A stretch of 64,000 nucleotides of DNA from Deferribacterales bacterium. Lineage in GTDB: Bacteria > Chrysiogenota > Deferribacteres > Deferribacterales > Geovibrionaceae. Positions 17,993-28,027 of the stretch are shown here, piece by piece. Location: contig JBFWLW010000003.1 of NCBI GenBank assembly GCA_050251945.1, forward strand, positions 64,001-128,000, read 5' to 3'. Every line of letters begins with the position of its first letter. Within the stretch, counting starts at the first letter, position 1. Under the pieces are notes generated by a model that worked only from the letters and a program-made list of their open reading frames with translations, ran no database searches and was not told the origin of the DNA. The translations under genes and the position numbers were made by a program.

Positions 17993-19003
17993 ATGATTAG
18001 TTATCTGCTGACAGACAGCCGGATAAAAGAAGCCAGAGAACTGCTGATTGATTCAGGTCTTGAATTTGACCCTAATTTCGACATCTTTCTCGGATATTTT
18101 GAGGCAGGAAAGCTTATCGCCGTGGGAGCGAGGCACAGGAATGTCCTGAAAATGGTAGCTGTCGTTTCAGAACACAGAGACACCGGAATTTTTGCCGAGA
18201 TGATCAGCGCTCTGGTCAAAGACGCATATCAGGCTGGATACGAACACACCTTTGTATTCACAAAGCCTGAGTATTCGCAAAGCTTCCAATATCTGAACTT
18301 CAGGTCGCTGGCGCAAACCGATGACGTCGCCGTTCTGGAATACGGATACAGTATTCAGGATTATCTGAACAAATGGAAAAGCATCGTCCGAACAGGGGAA
18401 AACAGCGGGATAGTGATGAACTGCAACCCGTTCACCTTCGGACACCGCTATCTTATAGAAACCGCAGCCGCACAATCGGAAAACGTTTATGTCTTCGTTG
18501 TGGAAGAGGATTCATCTCTCATTCCGTTCAGGGTGCGCCTCGAACTCGTCAAAAAAGGCACCGAAGACCTCGGAAACGTCCATGTGCTTTCAACAGGACC
18601 CTACGCTGTGAGCCGTATAACATTTCCGTCCTACTTCCTTAAAGATGCCGAAAAGGTTACACAGCAGCAGCTTAAGCTTGATCTGTCCATTTTCTGCGGA
18701 CACATTGCCCCTGCGTTCGGCATCAAAAAGCGCTTCGCCGGACAGGAACCTGTGTGCAGACTGACGGCGATGTACAACGACGCGATGAGAAAAACTCTGC
18801 CCGGATACGGCATTGAATTCGTCGAAATTGAACGCAAGACCGCCGGAGGGCGCATCATAAGCGCATCGTCGGTGCGGGAGATGCTTCTCGGCGGAGATAC
18901 TGAAAAATTGCGGGAAATGGTTCCCGAGGCTACATATAAATATCTGACAGAAAACACGGGCGTGCTTGCCAGCAAGAACGCGACCCCTGTTCTCAACTCA
19001 TAG
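17993..19003 (+). CDS. citC: [Citrate (pro-3S)-lyase] ligase
   Basis: IVMNCNPFTFGHRYL, VSRITFPSYFLK, RFAGQEP and IISASSVR motifs. Confidence 0.95.
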   Translation: MISYLLTDSRIKEARELLIDSGLEFDPNFDIFLGYFEAGKLIAVGARHRNVLKMVAVVSEHRDTGIFAEMISALVKDAYQAGYEHTFVFTKPEYSQSFQYLNFRSLAQTDDVAVLEYGYSIQDYLNKWKSIVRTGENSGIVMNCNPFTFGHRYLIETAAAQSENVYVFVVEEDSSLIPFRVRLELVKKGTEDLGNVHVLSTGPYAVSRITFPSYFLKDAEKVTQQQLKLDLSIFCGHIAPAFGIKKRFAGQEPVCRLTAMYNDAMRKTLPGYGIEFVEIERKTAGGRIISASSVREMLLGGDTEKLREMVPEATYKYLTENTGVLASKNATPVLNS

Positions 19004-19010
19004 GTGCTTT

Positions 19011-19274
19011 ATGAAGATAATTAAAAAGGCGCAGGCAGGGACAATGCAGTCCAGCGACCTGATGGTGTTCACGGAGCCTTCGGACGGTCTTGAGATCGTC
19101 ATAGACTCAACAGTTGCAAAGCAGTACGGACACCTTATCCGCGCAAAGGTGGAAGAGGTGCTTGATCGTATGGAGGTCACACACGGAACCATACGTATAA
19201 AAGACAGAGGCGCTCTGGACTACGCCATCGACGCAAGGGTGCAGACGGCGGTTCTGCGCTCGCAGGAGGCATGA
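19011..19274 (+). CDS. citD: Citrate lyase acyl carrier protein (gamma subunit)
   Basis: MKIIKKAQAGTMQSSD (prosthetic-group Ser) ... DRGALD..I.AR; start set at ATG 19011. Confidence 0.93.
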   Translation: MKIIKKAQAGTMQSSDLMVFTEPSDGLEIVIDSTVAKQYGHLIRAKVEEVLDRMEVTHGTIRIKDRGALDYAIDARVQTAVLRSQEA

Positions 19275-19275
19275 C

Positions 19276-19743
19276 ATGCAGGGATTGTGGTACAAAGAGG
19301 CAAAGACCGACCGCAGTTTCATGGTTAAGATACTGCCCGGCGAATCCATCGTCGAAAAACTCACAGACGCTGTCAAAGAACTGGATATACAGCACTGCGT
19401 GATAGTTTCGGCCGTGGGTTCCGTGACAGACGTTAAGTTCCGCGGCATAAAAACCGGCGCAAAACTGCCAATCACAAAACCCAGAATGACCATCCACGAA
19501 ATAGAGTATCCCATGGAGCTTCTTGGACTGAACGGAAATATCTTTCCCGATGAGAACGGCGAACCCGACTGCCACCTTCACATACAGATGTCCCGCTCGT
19601 CCGGAGAGGTTCTCGGCGGTCACCTTTTCAACGCAAAGGTGTTCGCTTCATGCGAGATAATGATAACCGAGCTTTCCGCAATGGGCATTGAGCGCCACGT
19701 TTCAAAATCTGCGGGAACACCCACCATCTTCATAGAGGAATGA
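19276..19743 (+). CDS. PPC/DUF296 domain protein
   Basis: ILPGESIVEKL...SAVGS...E.L.LNGNI...HLHIQMS...VLGGHL....V...EI. Confidence 0.85.
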   Translation: MQGLWYKEAKTDRSFMVKILPGESIVEKLTDAVKELDIQHCVIVSAVGSVTDVKFRGIKTGAKLPITKPRMTIHEIEYPMELLGLNGNIFPDENGEPDCHLHIQMSRSSGEVLGGHLFNAKVFASCEIMITELSAMGIERHVSKSAGTPTIFIEE

Positions 19744-19744
19744 C

Positions 19745-20668
19745 ATGGAAGAAACATTATCAATAAGAAGGTCTCTGCTGTATGTACCGGGCAACATGCC
19801 CTCCATGCTCCAGAACATACCGATATTCAACTGCGACGCCGTTTTCATAGACCTTGAGGACGCAGTTCCCATGAACGAAAAAGACGCAGCGCGTCTGCTT
19901 GTGACTTCATTTATCCAGTCATATAAGAATCGTAACAAAGAGGTGTTCTTCCGTATGAACGCGTTGGACACAGAGTGGGGATACGACGACCTTCTCGCCG
20001 TGCTTCCGGCATTGCCCGACGGCGTGCGTCTGCCCAAAGCGGACACACCGGAGATCGTCGAAAGGCTTGACACCTTTCTTACAGAATGTGAGGAGAATCT
20101 GGGACTTGAGATAGGCAGATTCAAAATAATCCCCTCAATAGAAAGCGCGCTGGGAGTTATAAACTGTATCAAAACTGCAAGATGCTCCTCACGGGTCATA
20201 GCTCTTGCATTCGGAGCGGAGGATTACACCACCAGCATGGGCATCGAACGTACGAAAACCGGCGAAGAGCTGTTTCAGGCGCGCAACCGCGTCGTATGGG
20301 CGGCAAAAGCGGCGGGAATACAGGCTATTGACACCATATTCGCCGACGTTTCCGATGAGGAGAGCTTCACGCGCGAGGTCAGGCTTATAAAGGGTCTGGG
20401 CTTCACGGGCAAATCACTCATCAACCCCAGACAGATAGATATAGTCCATAAAATATTTGCACCCAGCAAAGACGAAATAGACTACGCGCTTGAGATAATC
20501 GAAGCCATAAAACTTGCACGCGGGATGGGTACCGGCGTTATCTCTCTCCGAGGCAAAATGATAGACGCGCCCATTGTTAAGCGTGCCGCAAGGGTGATAC
20601 GCACCGCGTCTTCCCTTGGACTTATAGACATAGAGATCAGCGACGAGGTGATACATGGTACAAAATAG
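19745..20668 (+). CDS. citE: Citrate lyase beta subunit (citryl-ACP lyase)
   Basis: RRSLLYVPGN, DLEDAV, FGAEDY, LGFTGKSLINPRQI and GKMIDAP motifs. Confidence 0.95.
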   Translation: MEETLSIRRSLLYVPGNMPSMLQNIPIFNCDAVFIDLEDAVPMNEKDAARLLVTSFIQSYKNRNKEVFFRMNALDTEWGYDDLLAVLPALPDGVRLPKADTPEIVERLDTFLTECEENLGLEIGRFKIIPSIESALGVINCIKTARCSSRVIALAFGAEDYTTSMGIERTKTGEELFQARNRVVWAAKAAGIQAIDTIFADVSDEESFTREVRLIKGLGFTGKSLINPRQIDIVHKIFAPSKDEIDYALEIIEAIKLARGMGTGVISLRGKMIDAPIVKRAARVIRTASSLGLIDIEISDEVIHGTK

Positions 20669-22193
20669 TCTGGGACGTTTTATTCCCGAAATATACAACG
20701 GCAAAAAACGCATCCCGTATAAATCACCAAATACCATAATACCCGTCGGGCGGGAATATGCGCGCCCTGTTAAGTCTTTCCGCCCGGGCGATAAAAAACT
20801 CCTCGGCTCACTGCGCGAGGCTATAATCGCTTCCGGTTTGAAAGACGGAATGACAATATCCACCCACCACCACCTCCGCAACGGCGATTTTCTTCTGAAC
20901 GCCATCGTAAAGGAACTGGACGAACTGGGCATCGGAAATATCACCATCGCGTCAAGCTCAATCCACCCCGTACATGCGGAACTGATTCCCTATATCCGCA
21001 AAGGGGTGATAACCAGTTTTGAATGCGGCGTAAACGGTCTCATCGGAGAACTTGCCACCAAAGGAGAACTGGACATCCCCATCATCGTGCGCAGCCACGG
21101 CGGACGCGCCCGCTCCATGATGACAGGCGAGGTACAGGTGGACGTGGCGTTCATAGCGGCACCATGCTGCGACGAATACGGAAACATGAACGGATATTAC
21201 GGAAAATCAGCATGCGGAAGCCTCGGCTATTCCCATGTGGATGCGCGCTACGCCGACAAGGTTGTGGCAGTGACCGATAACCTCGTTCAGCACCCCGTCA
21301 GCCCCATTGCAATAGCTCAGACATGTGTGGACTACGTCGTTGCCGTTGAATCACTCGGCGATCCCGCAAAGATAGTCTCCACCACCACAAAAGTAACAAA
21401 AGACCCCATCGGGCTTATGATAGCTAAGAATACCGCGGACGTCATAGACGCTTCCGGACTTCTGAGAGACGGATTTTCATTCCAGACTGGTGCAGGCGGA
21501 ACGTCACTCGCAGTGGCAGAGAATGTCAGACGCAAGATGCTTGAGAAAAATATCAAAGGCTCTTTCGGATCCGGCGGCATAACGGGATATTTTGTCGAGA
21601 TGCTTAAAGAGGGGCTTTTCCACACCCTTATGGACGTGCAGTGTTTCGATCTGAACGCGGTGCAGTCCATCGGCGAAAACTTCAACCATCAGGAAATAAG
21701 CGCCGACCTCTATGCAAATCCATTCAACATGGGCTCCATAGTGAATATGCTTGACGTGGTGATACTTGGCGCAACAGAAATAGACGTTAATTTCAACGTG
21801 AACGTAAACACCGAATCCAACGGATACCTCCTCCACAACACAGGCGGACACACAGACACCGCGGCGGGTGCGAAGCTCTCCATTATAGTGGCGCCCTCCA
21901 TACGCGGCAGGCTGCCCATAATCATGGACGACGTTATAACAGTTACAACACCCGGCGAAAACATCGACATAATCGTCACTGAGCGGGGCATTGCCGTTAA
22001 CGAGAAGCACCCCGAACTTAAAAAAGAACTTCTGAAAGCGAAGCTGCCTGTCAAGAACATACAAGACATCAAAAAGGAGATAACCGACATAACCGGAATC
22101 CCCAGACCCGTGCAGTTCACCGACGAGATAGCGGCACTTATCGAATACAGGGACGGAAGCATTATAGATGCAGTACACAGAGTTAAAGAATAG
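20655..22193 (+). CDS. citF: Citrate lyase alpha subunit (citrate:acetyl-ACP transferase)
   Basis: GLKDGMTISTHHHLRNGD, RSHGGRAR, CGSLGY and FQTGAGGTSLAV motifs. Confidence 0.95.
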   Translation: MVQNSLGRFIPEIYNGKKRIPYKSPNTIIPVGREYARPVKSFRPGDKKLLGSLREAIIASGLKDGMTISTHHHLRNGDFLLNAIVKELDELGIGNITIASSSIHPVHAELIPYIRKGVITSFECGVNGLIGELATKGELDIPIIVRSHGGRARSMMTGEVQVDVAFIAAPCCDEYGNMNGYYGKSACGSLGYSHVDARYADKVVAVTDNLVQHPVSPIAIAQTCVDYVVAVESLGDPAKIVSTTTKVTKDPIGLMIAKNTADVIDASGLLRDGFSFQTGAGGTSLAVAENVRRKMLEKNIKGSFGSGGITGYFVEMLKEGLFHTLMDVQCFDLNAVQSIGENFNHQEISADLYANPFNMGSIVNMLDVVILGATEIDVNFNVNVNTESNGYLLHNTGGHTDTAAGAKLSIIVAPSIRGRLPIIMDDVITVTTPGENIDIIVTERGIAVNEKHPELKKELLKAKLPVKNIQDIKKEITDITGIPRPVQFTDEIAALIEYRDGSIIDAVHRVKE

Positions 22194-22689
22194 CATACTT
22201 AAAGCACGCCAGCAGAGGTGGGACAATCTAATGCATCTCACCCACACCTGCAAAAGCGGGTGTATAGTCACAATCGCAGGCAACGCCCCCGGCGCAATGA
22301 AAGATTCGCCTGCACTGCGCAAGCTGATAGCATACGCGGAAAAGGCTATGGTCAACAATGCGAAGGCGCTGACAATCGGTTCATACGGTGACGCGGCTGG
22401 CTATATAGTTTTCATGCGCACACAGATGAAAATGCAGGATGCAAAAACAACGGCGGTCTCCATCGAATCGAAACACGAATGGAACAGACTGCTGGACATA
22501 GATATTTACGGCAAAGGCGGCTCATCCGCAGACAGAAGGTCAATGGGGCTTGCGCCCCGCAGGTGCCTTCTGTGCGGCGAACCTGCCGCCGATTGCATAA
22601 GGACGCAAAGACATGATTATTGCGACATTTTCGCAGAAACGGAACGTCTTCTTAAAGGATTTCACAGGTTTTGCTCAGGCACTGACTGA
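22168..22689 (+). CDS. citX: Apo-citrate lyase phosphoribosyl-dephospho-CoA transferase
   Basis: L.AR..R, N.PG..K and RLLDID...R..G..PRRCLLCG..A..C.R..RH motifs. Confidence 0.88.
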   Translation: MQYTELKNSILKARQQRWDNLMHLTHTCKSGCIVTIAGNAPGAMKDSPALRKLIAYAEKAMVNNAKALTIGSYGDAAGYIVFMRTQMKMQDAKTTAVSIESKHEWNRLLDIDIYGKGGSSADRRSMGLAPRRCLLCGEPAADCIRTQRHDYCDIFAETERLLKGFHRFCSGTD

Positions 22690-23395
22690 CGGCGCCATAC
22701 AGGAACTTCTGCTCACGCCGAAACCCGGACTGGTGGACAGAGCCGACAGCGGTTCACACCCCGACCTGAGCTTTGAGATAATGGAGAAATCCGTGAACCT
22801 TCTGCCTGCCTATTATCAGGAACTCGGCGACTGCTGCCTGTCTGGCGGGCAGACATCACAACTGCGCACGGTGGCGCTTGCCGCAGAAAAGAGGATGCTC
22901 GACGCATGCGGAAGCAACACCCACAAGGGCTACATATTTCTGAGCGGGCTTGCACTCCTTGCGCATATCATGTACGAAGACGTGCGCACAGGCATAAAAG
23001 AGCTTTCTGCGGAATTCTTCAAAGGATATCTGCCTGATTCAAACGGATCTGAAGCGCGCAGGATGTACGGCACAGGCGGCATCATTAAAGAATGTATGAA
23101 CGGTCTTCCATCGGTGTTTGAAGCTGGCATACCGGCTCTCTCCGTTAGTCCCCATTACGCTCTCGCCTGCATCATGGAGCGTTCCGAGGATTCCACAAGC
23201 CTGCACAGATGCGGTCAGAGCGGACTGGAAACAGTGCATCGTGACGGAAAAACTCTCAAATCCCTCATTGAAAACGGGCAAAAAACAGAACAATGGCTCG
23301 ATTCCCGCAACGAATACTATAAAAGAATGAATCTCACTATGGGCGGATGCGCTGATCTTCTCGCGCTCTCCTTCGCTTTAATAAAAATTATCTGA
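22613..23395 (+). CDS. citG: Triphosphoribosyl-dephospho-CoA synthase
   Basis: ELLLTPKPGLVD..DSGSHPD, NTHKG and NLTMGGCADLL motifs; exact start uncertain. Confidence 0.9.
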   Translation: MIIATFSQKRNVFLKDFTGFAQALTDGAIQELLLTPKPGLVDRADSGSHPDLSFEIMEKSVNLLPAYYQELGDCCLSGGQTSQLRTVALAAEKRMLDACGSNTHKGYIFLSGLALLAHIMYEDVRTGIKELSAEFFKGYLPDSNGSEARRMYGTGGIIKECMNGLPSVFEAGIPALSVSPHYALACIMERSEDSTSLHRCGQSGLETVHRDGKTLKSLIENGQKTEQWLDSRNEYYKRMNLTMGGCADLLALSFALIKII

Positions 23396-23453
23396 TAATA
23401 TCTCTATTCCGCTATGTTTTCCTTTTTTTCCGCACCGGCATGACCTATACTAT

Positions 23454-23472
23454 GATTATGATAATAATTACA
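23454..23472. promoter_or_regulatory. Fur/PerR-like box upstream of the encapsulin operon
   Basis: GATTATGATAATAATTACA, 15/19 to the Fur consensus, abutting the AGGAGG RBS. Confidence 0.5.
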
Positions 23473-23482
23473 GGAGGTACAT

Positions 23483-23836
23483 ATGCCTGATTTCGGGAAT
23501 TCGTTCAGCGGACTGCAAAACGACAGAAAACTGACAGACAAAGAACTTATCAGAGCGATAAGGTTCATGGTTGCCGCAGAGTATGAGGCTATCCAGCTTT
23601 ACGAGCAGCTTGCGGAATCCACAGACAACAAGCTGGCTCAGCAGGTACTCTTGGACATTGCGGATGAGGAAAAAGTGCATGCAGGTGAATTTCTGAGGCT
23701 GCTTAAAGCTTTGGCACCGGATGAAGAAGGCTTTTATCAGCAGGGTTATGCAGAGGTTGAAGAAGAATTTTTATCAGGTTCTGCGGAAACAGACCCTAAA
23801 GACGGCGGTCTGGGAATCGGAAGCCTGAAGAAATAA
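23483..23836 (+). CDS. Encapsulin cargo: ferritin-like/rubrerythrin-fold protein with targeting peptide
   Basis: AEYEAIQLY...DIADEEKVHAGEF diiron motifs; C-terminal DGGLGIGSLKK cargo-loading peptide. Confidence 0.92.
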   Translation: MPDFGNSFSGLQNDRKLTDKELIRAIRFMVAAEYEAIQLYEQLAESTDNKLAQQVLLDIADEEKVHAGEFLRLLKALAPDEEGFYQQGYAEVEEEFLSGSAETDPKDGGLGIGSLKK

Positions 23837-23846
23837 GGAGAGATTT

Positions 23847-24641
23847 ATGAATTTCTTAAGAAAGGAATTCGCTCCTATAAGCGAAGAAGCATGGAAAGAG
23901 ATAAACAGACAGGCAAAAGACACTCTTATGGCTAACCTGTCTTCAAGAAAATTTGTAGATGTTGACGGACCCAAAGGGCTGGATTTTTCAGCAGTAAGCC
24001 TTGGAAGGCTGTTCCTGCCGAAAGCGCAGAAAGGAGCCGTTAAATACGGCATCAGCACTATCCTGCCGTTGATTGAGATAAGAACCCCGTTTTCCCTCGG
24101 GCTTTGGGAACTGGACAACATAGAGAGAGGCGCAAAGGACATTAACCTCGACCCGCTGACAGAAGCCGCAAAACAGACGGCGACTTTTGAAGAAACGGCT
24201 GTTTATCACGGATTCAAAGAGGGCGGGATATCAGGGATTAACCAACTTAATGTTCAGAAGGTTGCAATCTCACTTGATAAGGACAGCGTTACAGACGCGG
24301 TTACGGAAGCTTTGGCGATGATGCGCAAAGAAGGCGTGGCAGGCGGCGCAAACCTTGTGGTCAATCAGGAACTCTGGAAGTTCCTTGCGCACGTGTTTCC
24401 CGGCGGCACGCTGGGCGATACAATTAAAAACCAGATAGGCGGTTCCATTATCTATTCCGGTTTCGTTGACGGAGCGGTGCTCGTTTCCGCACGCGGAGGC
24501 GATGCAGAGCTTACGGTGGGACAGGATTTTGCCATCGGGTACACAAGCCACGATTCAGATAACATCAATCTGTTCGTGACCGAATCTTTCACTTTCAGGG
24601 TAGTCAACCCTGAAGGTTTTATCAGATTTGCAATTCAATAG
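23847..24641 (+). CDS. Family 1 encapsulin shell protein (Linocin M18/HK97 fold)
   Basis: MNFLRKEFAPISEEAWKEI...RKFVDVDGPKG...ELDNIERGAKD...GQDFAIGY...ESFTFRV; 264 aa. Confidence 0.95.
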   Translation: MNFLRKEFAPISEEAWKEINRQAKDTLMANLSSRKFVDVDGPKGLDFSAVSLGRLFLPKAQKGAVKYGISTILPLIEIRTPFSLGLWELDNIERGAKDINLDPLTEAAKQTATFEETAVYHGFKEGGISGINQLNVQKVAISLDKDSVTDAVTEALAMMRKEGVAGGANLVVNQELWKFLAHVFPGGTLGDTIKNQIGGSIIYSGFVDGAVLVSARGGDAELTVGQDFAIGYTSHDSDNINLFVTESFTFRVVNPEGFIRFAIQ

Positions 24642-24647
24642 AAAAAT

Positions 24648-24685
24648 AAGACTGCCGCGCCGCAATGACGCGGCGGTCTTTTTTT
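24648..24685. terminator. Bidirectional terminator
   Basis: AAGACTGCCGCG/CGCGGCGGTCTT stem with a T-tract on the right and an A-tract on the left, between convergent genes. Confidence 0.8.
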
Positions 24686-24696
24686 AATTCTGAAAC

Positions 24697-26607
24697 TTAT
24701 CTTATCTTAAATTGATTTATCGTACTTAAAAGCTCTTCCGCACTGTTATGCACCTGCCTTGCGAAGTCGGACACCTCGGCAAGTTCCGTGCTGTTCTCTT
24801 CGGCAATGCGGTTTATCTTCTCAACGTTTCTGGCTATCTCCGTTGTGGTGGCAGCCTGTTCTTCCGCTGCGGAAGCTATCTGGTTTATCATGTCTGTGGT
24901 GACGGACGTCTGCTCCATGATAAGCACGATGGATTTGCCGGCGGAATCGGCGGATTTCGTTCCTTCCTCAACCTGACCCACGCCGCTTTCAACCTTAACA
25001 ACCGCGCTTTTGGATTCGTTCTGGAGCATGGTTATCATATCGGATATCTCTTTTGTGGCGGACTGTGTGCGCTCGGCAAGCTTACGCACCTCGTCGGCAA
25101 CAACCGCGAAACCGCGTCCCGCCTCTCCGGCTCTCGCCGCTTCTATCGCCGCGTTGAGCGCCAGCAGGTTGGTCTGATCCGCAATATCGTTGATAACGTT
25201 TATGATATCCCCTATCTGAGAGGAAGATGCACCCAGTCTGGATATAACTTCCGAGGATTCCCTGACGTTCTTCGCTATCTGCTGCATCTTGGTAACCGTA
25301 TCCATAACGGAAGTTTTGCTGACCTGTGCGCTTGAAATTGTGGCGTTCGCCTGAACGGAAGTTTCGTTTGCGCTTTCGGCTATCTGACCGATGGTCTGGT
25401 TCATCTCTTCAACAGCCGTTGCAAGGCTGTTGGTCTCGTCTGTCTGGCTGCGCATACCGCCCGATATCTTGCCCACTGTGGTGGACAGTTCGGAGATATT
25501 CCCCGTCATATCGTTGGCAAGCTGAGCCACGGATTCCACTATGTTTTTCATGCGTCCGATGAATTTATTGAAAAGTTTTGCAACCTCTCCAAGCTCGTCG
25601 CTTCGGGACTGATCCAGCGTTTTCGTGAGATCCGCCTCGCCCTCCGCAATATGCCTGAGTCTGTCGATGAGATTGTCGATGGGTTTGAGCTGTCTTGTGA
25701 CAAGGATATAGAACAGGATGATACCTATAATCACAGGGATCAGCGATATCATTATCAGACTGTAGGCCTGCTTCCTTATCGGTGCGAATACAGTATCCTT
25801 GTCAACCATCATATAAGAAACCCAATTGAGTGATGGTATCTTTGTAAATGCAAGAAGCATATCCTTTCCGTCAACGGAACATTGTATTATGCCGCTCTCC
25901 TCGGATGCTATCCCGGTCATTACACCGGAAAGGGAGGGATCAAGCTCCGATATGTTCTTTTTAAGAACAAGTCCGCTGTCATCGTGAATGAGTATCTTTC
26001 CGTTGTTGTCTGTAACGAAAGGTCTGCCCGCCGTTCCCGCGCCGATATTCATAACTTTCTCTATTATGGATTTAAGAGGGATATCGGAACCAAGAACGCC
26101 GGAAAATCCGCCGTCTGCGTTGACCTGCTGAACTATCGAAACAACAAGCCCTCCGGTGATCATGTCTATATAGGGTTCGGTGAACTGAACGCCTCTGTTG
26201 TCTCTGGCAAGCTGATACCATGGTCTGGCTCTGGGGTCATAGTCGTCCGGAAGCTGAACCGGTTTCGACGGCCAGAATTTTCCGTCAACGTCCCCTCCGA
26301 AGTAAACAAGGTCGAATGCATTTGCATCCGCCACAAGTGCATAGTCCACTGTGTTCGCATCTGGATCGTCGTTGAAAGCGGCTCCTTTGGATTCAAGCCT
26401 TCTTGTTTCCGCCGAGATCGCATTCTTCTTTGCATCAGCCCAAAGGTCGATGAGAGAGGAGATCTCTCTGCTGGTATCCACCTGCTGATTTTCAATCATA
26501 TGGGTGGCGATGGTCTGGGTGTAGAAATAGGAACGGGCAACAAGGGTCGTCACGATGGCGAGAAACACAGCCAGTGCCGTGACAATAATTTTAAATTTCA
26601 AGCTCAT
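24697..26607 (-). CDS. Methyl-accepting chemotaxis protein with dCache sensor
   Basis: [51 protein letters not shown]; start at MSLKF after a GGAGAG RBS. Confidence 0.95.
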   Translation of the reverse strand: MSLKFKIIVTALAVFLAIVTTLVARSYFYTQTIATHMIENQQVDTSREISSLIDLWADAKKNAISAETRRLESKGAAFNDDPDANTVDYALVADANAFDLVYFGGDVDGKFWPSKPVQLPDDYDPRARPWYQLARDNRGVQFTEPYIDMITGGLVVSIVQQVNADGGFSGVLGSDIPLKSIIEKVMNIGAGTAGRPFVTDNNGKILIHDDSGLVLKKNISELDPSLSGVMTGIASEESGIIQCSVDGKDMLLAFTKIPSLNWVSYMMVDKDTVFAPIRKQAYSLIMISLIPVIIGIILFYILVTRQLKPIDNLIDRLRHIAEGEADLTKTLDQSRSDELGEVAKLFNKFIGRMKNIVESVAQLANDMTGNISELSTTVGKISGGMRSQTDETNSLATAVEEMNQTIGQIAESANETSVQANATISSAQVSKTSVMDTVTKMQQIAKNVRESSEVISRLGASSSQIGDIINVINDIADQTNLLALNAAIEAARAGEAGRGFAVVADEVRKLAERTQSATKEISDMITMLQNESKSAVVKVESGVGQVEEGTKSADSAGKSIVLIMEQTSVTTDMINQIASAAEEQAATTTEIARNVEKINRIAEENSTELAEVSDFARQVHNSAEELLSTINQFKIR

Positions 26608-26816
26608 AAATCTCTCCGGTGCGCGCGGCAAAAGATGCCGTATGCTTATAAGTCATTCCGCATTAAAAAGAAGACATTCTGTTGGTAAAAAAATAATAAT
26701 TAAATAAACAACCATGTATTACAATATTTTGATAAATATCATATCTAGCAGAGGGTTATAATAACATAGCCTATTTTGGATGTCAAACGGACATAATTAA
26801 TAATCATACGTTTAAA

Positions 26817-27386
26817 TCAGGAAAGTTCCGTGTATCTGAAACAGTCCTCCAAATGGTCGTTAACAAGACCTGTCGCCTGCATATGCGCATATATTATAGT
26901 GGTTCCGACGAAAGTCATTCCGCGTTTTTTCAGATCTTTTGCAAGGGCGTCGGATTCGGGTGTGGAAGCAGGAATTTCGGAAAGGCTTTTCCATCTGTTC
27001 TGTTTCGGCTTTCCGTCTACAAACCGCCAGACGTAAGCATCAAAACTCCCGAACTCCTCCTGTATCTTAAGGAATGCCAGCGCATTTTTCCTTGCGGCGA
27101 AAACTTTGAGTCTGTTGCGGATAATATCCGGATTCAGCAGAAGCGCCTCAAGTTCATCATCGGTCATGGCGGCAACCGCCTTCGGATCAAAGTTTTTGAA
27201 CGCTTTGCGGTATCCGTCGCGTTTTTTGAGAATGGTCTCCCAGCTAAGCCCCGCCTGTGCGCCTTCCAGTATCAGAAACTCAAAATGCGTCCTGTCGTCG
27301 CGAACAGGTACGCCCCACTCCTCGTCATGATACTTTTCGTAAAAATCCTTTCCTTTGCACCAGCCACAGCGAATCTTGTCAGACAT
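26817..27386 (-). CDS. tag: DNA-3-methyladenine glycosylase I
   Basis: RCGW...YHDEEWG...FEFLILEGAQAGLSW...IIRNRLK...GLVNDHLEDC. Confidence 0.95.
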   Translation of the reverse strand: MSDKIRCGWCKGKDFYEKYHDEEWGVPVRDDRTHFEFLILEGAQAGLSWETILKKRDGYRKAFKNFDPKAVAAMTDDELEALLLNPDIIRNRLKVFAARKNALAFLKIQEEFGSFDAYVWRFVDGKPKQNRWKSLSEIPASTPESDALAKDLKKRGMTFVGTTIIYAHMQATGLVNDHLEDCFRYTELS

Positions 27387-27399
27387 ACTGTTCTCCTTA

Positions 27400-27798
27400 T
27401 TATTCTGCCCCGGCAGCCGCCGACCGTTCTTCCATCTCCGCCGTCATGGTCTTAAGCGAAACGATATACGCCGTGACGCCTATGCCAACAACAAGCAGCA
27501 TCGCCGCCACATGCACGTTTCGCACAACAAGTGCGGAAAGGGTCAGTGAACCCCAGAGAAAGAGCACGGCACGAATCTTCATATCTTTTCGCACAGCGCG
27601 GTATTTCATATACGAACCGATATAGGCACCGAATATTTTATGATTTATCAGCCAGTTGTTCAATCTTCCGGAGCTTCTGACATAGCAGAACGAAGCGAGA
27701 AGAAGGAAAGGAGTGGTGGGCAGAACAGGTACGAATACCCCGACAAGACCCAAAACCGTGAAAACTGAGCCGAAAAAGACAAGAAAACCTTTTTTCAA
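27400..27798 (-). CDS. ybaN: YbaN/DUF454 family inner-membrane protein
   Basis: LGLVGVFVPVLPTTPFLLLASFCYVRSS.RL..WL..H..FG.Y. Confidence 0.9.
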   Translation of the reverse strand: MKKGFLVFFGSVFTVLGLVGVFVPVLPTTPFLLLASFCYVRSSGRLNNWLINHKIFGAYIGSYMKYRAVRKDMKIRAVLFLWGSLTLSALVVRNVHVAAMLLVVGIGVTAYIVSLKTMTAEMEERSAAAGAE

Positions 27799-27844
27799 AC
27801 GAAAACTCCCGAAAACAAATAAAAGGGGCGGGCAAACCGCCCCT

Positions 27845-27985
27845 CAGGTTGTTGACAAACTAAATTTGCACAGACTCACATTAGACTGCTTCGGGTTAAA
27901 ACCCTCGCAGAGAAGTTTTTTTGTCTTCGCGAGGAGCGCATGCAACGACGCGATCCCGCATTTTCCTGACTTTGTCATCAGTCTG
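27845..27985. mobile_element. MITE-like element flanked by a duplicated terminator
   Basis: Imperfect TIRs CAGGTTGTTGACAAA / TTTGTCATCAGTCTG (12/15); 19-bp direct repeat GGGCGGGCAAACCGCCCCT at 27826-27844 and 27988-28006. Confidence 0.8.
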
Positions 27986-28027
27986 AAGGGCGGGCAAACC
28001 GCCCCTGAAAATTATATCATAGGAACA

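Noticed and set aside
27826..28006. c-di-GMP-I riboswitch (GGGCAAACC motif, twice)
   Set aside because: The motif is the loop of a duplicated terminator hairpin; the downstream GACGCAAAG/P3 elements are absent.
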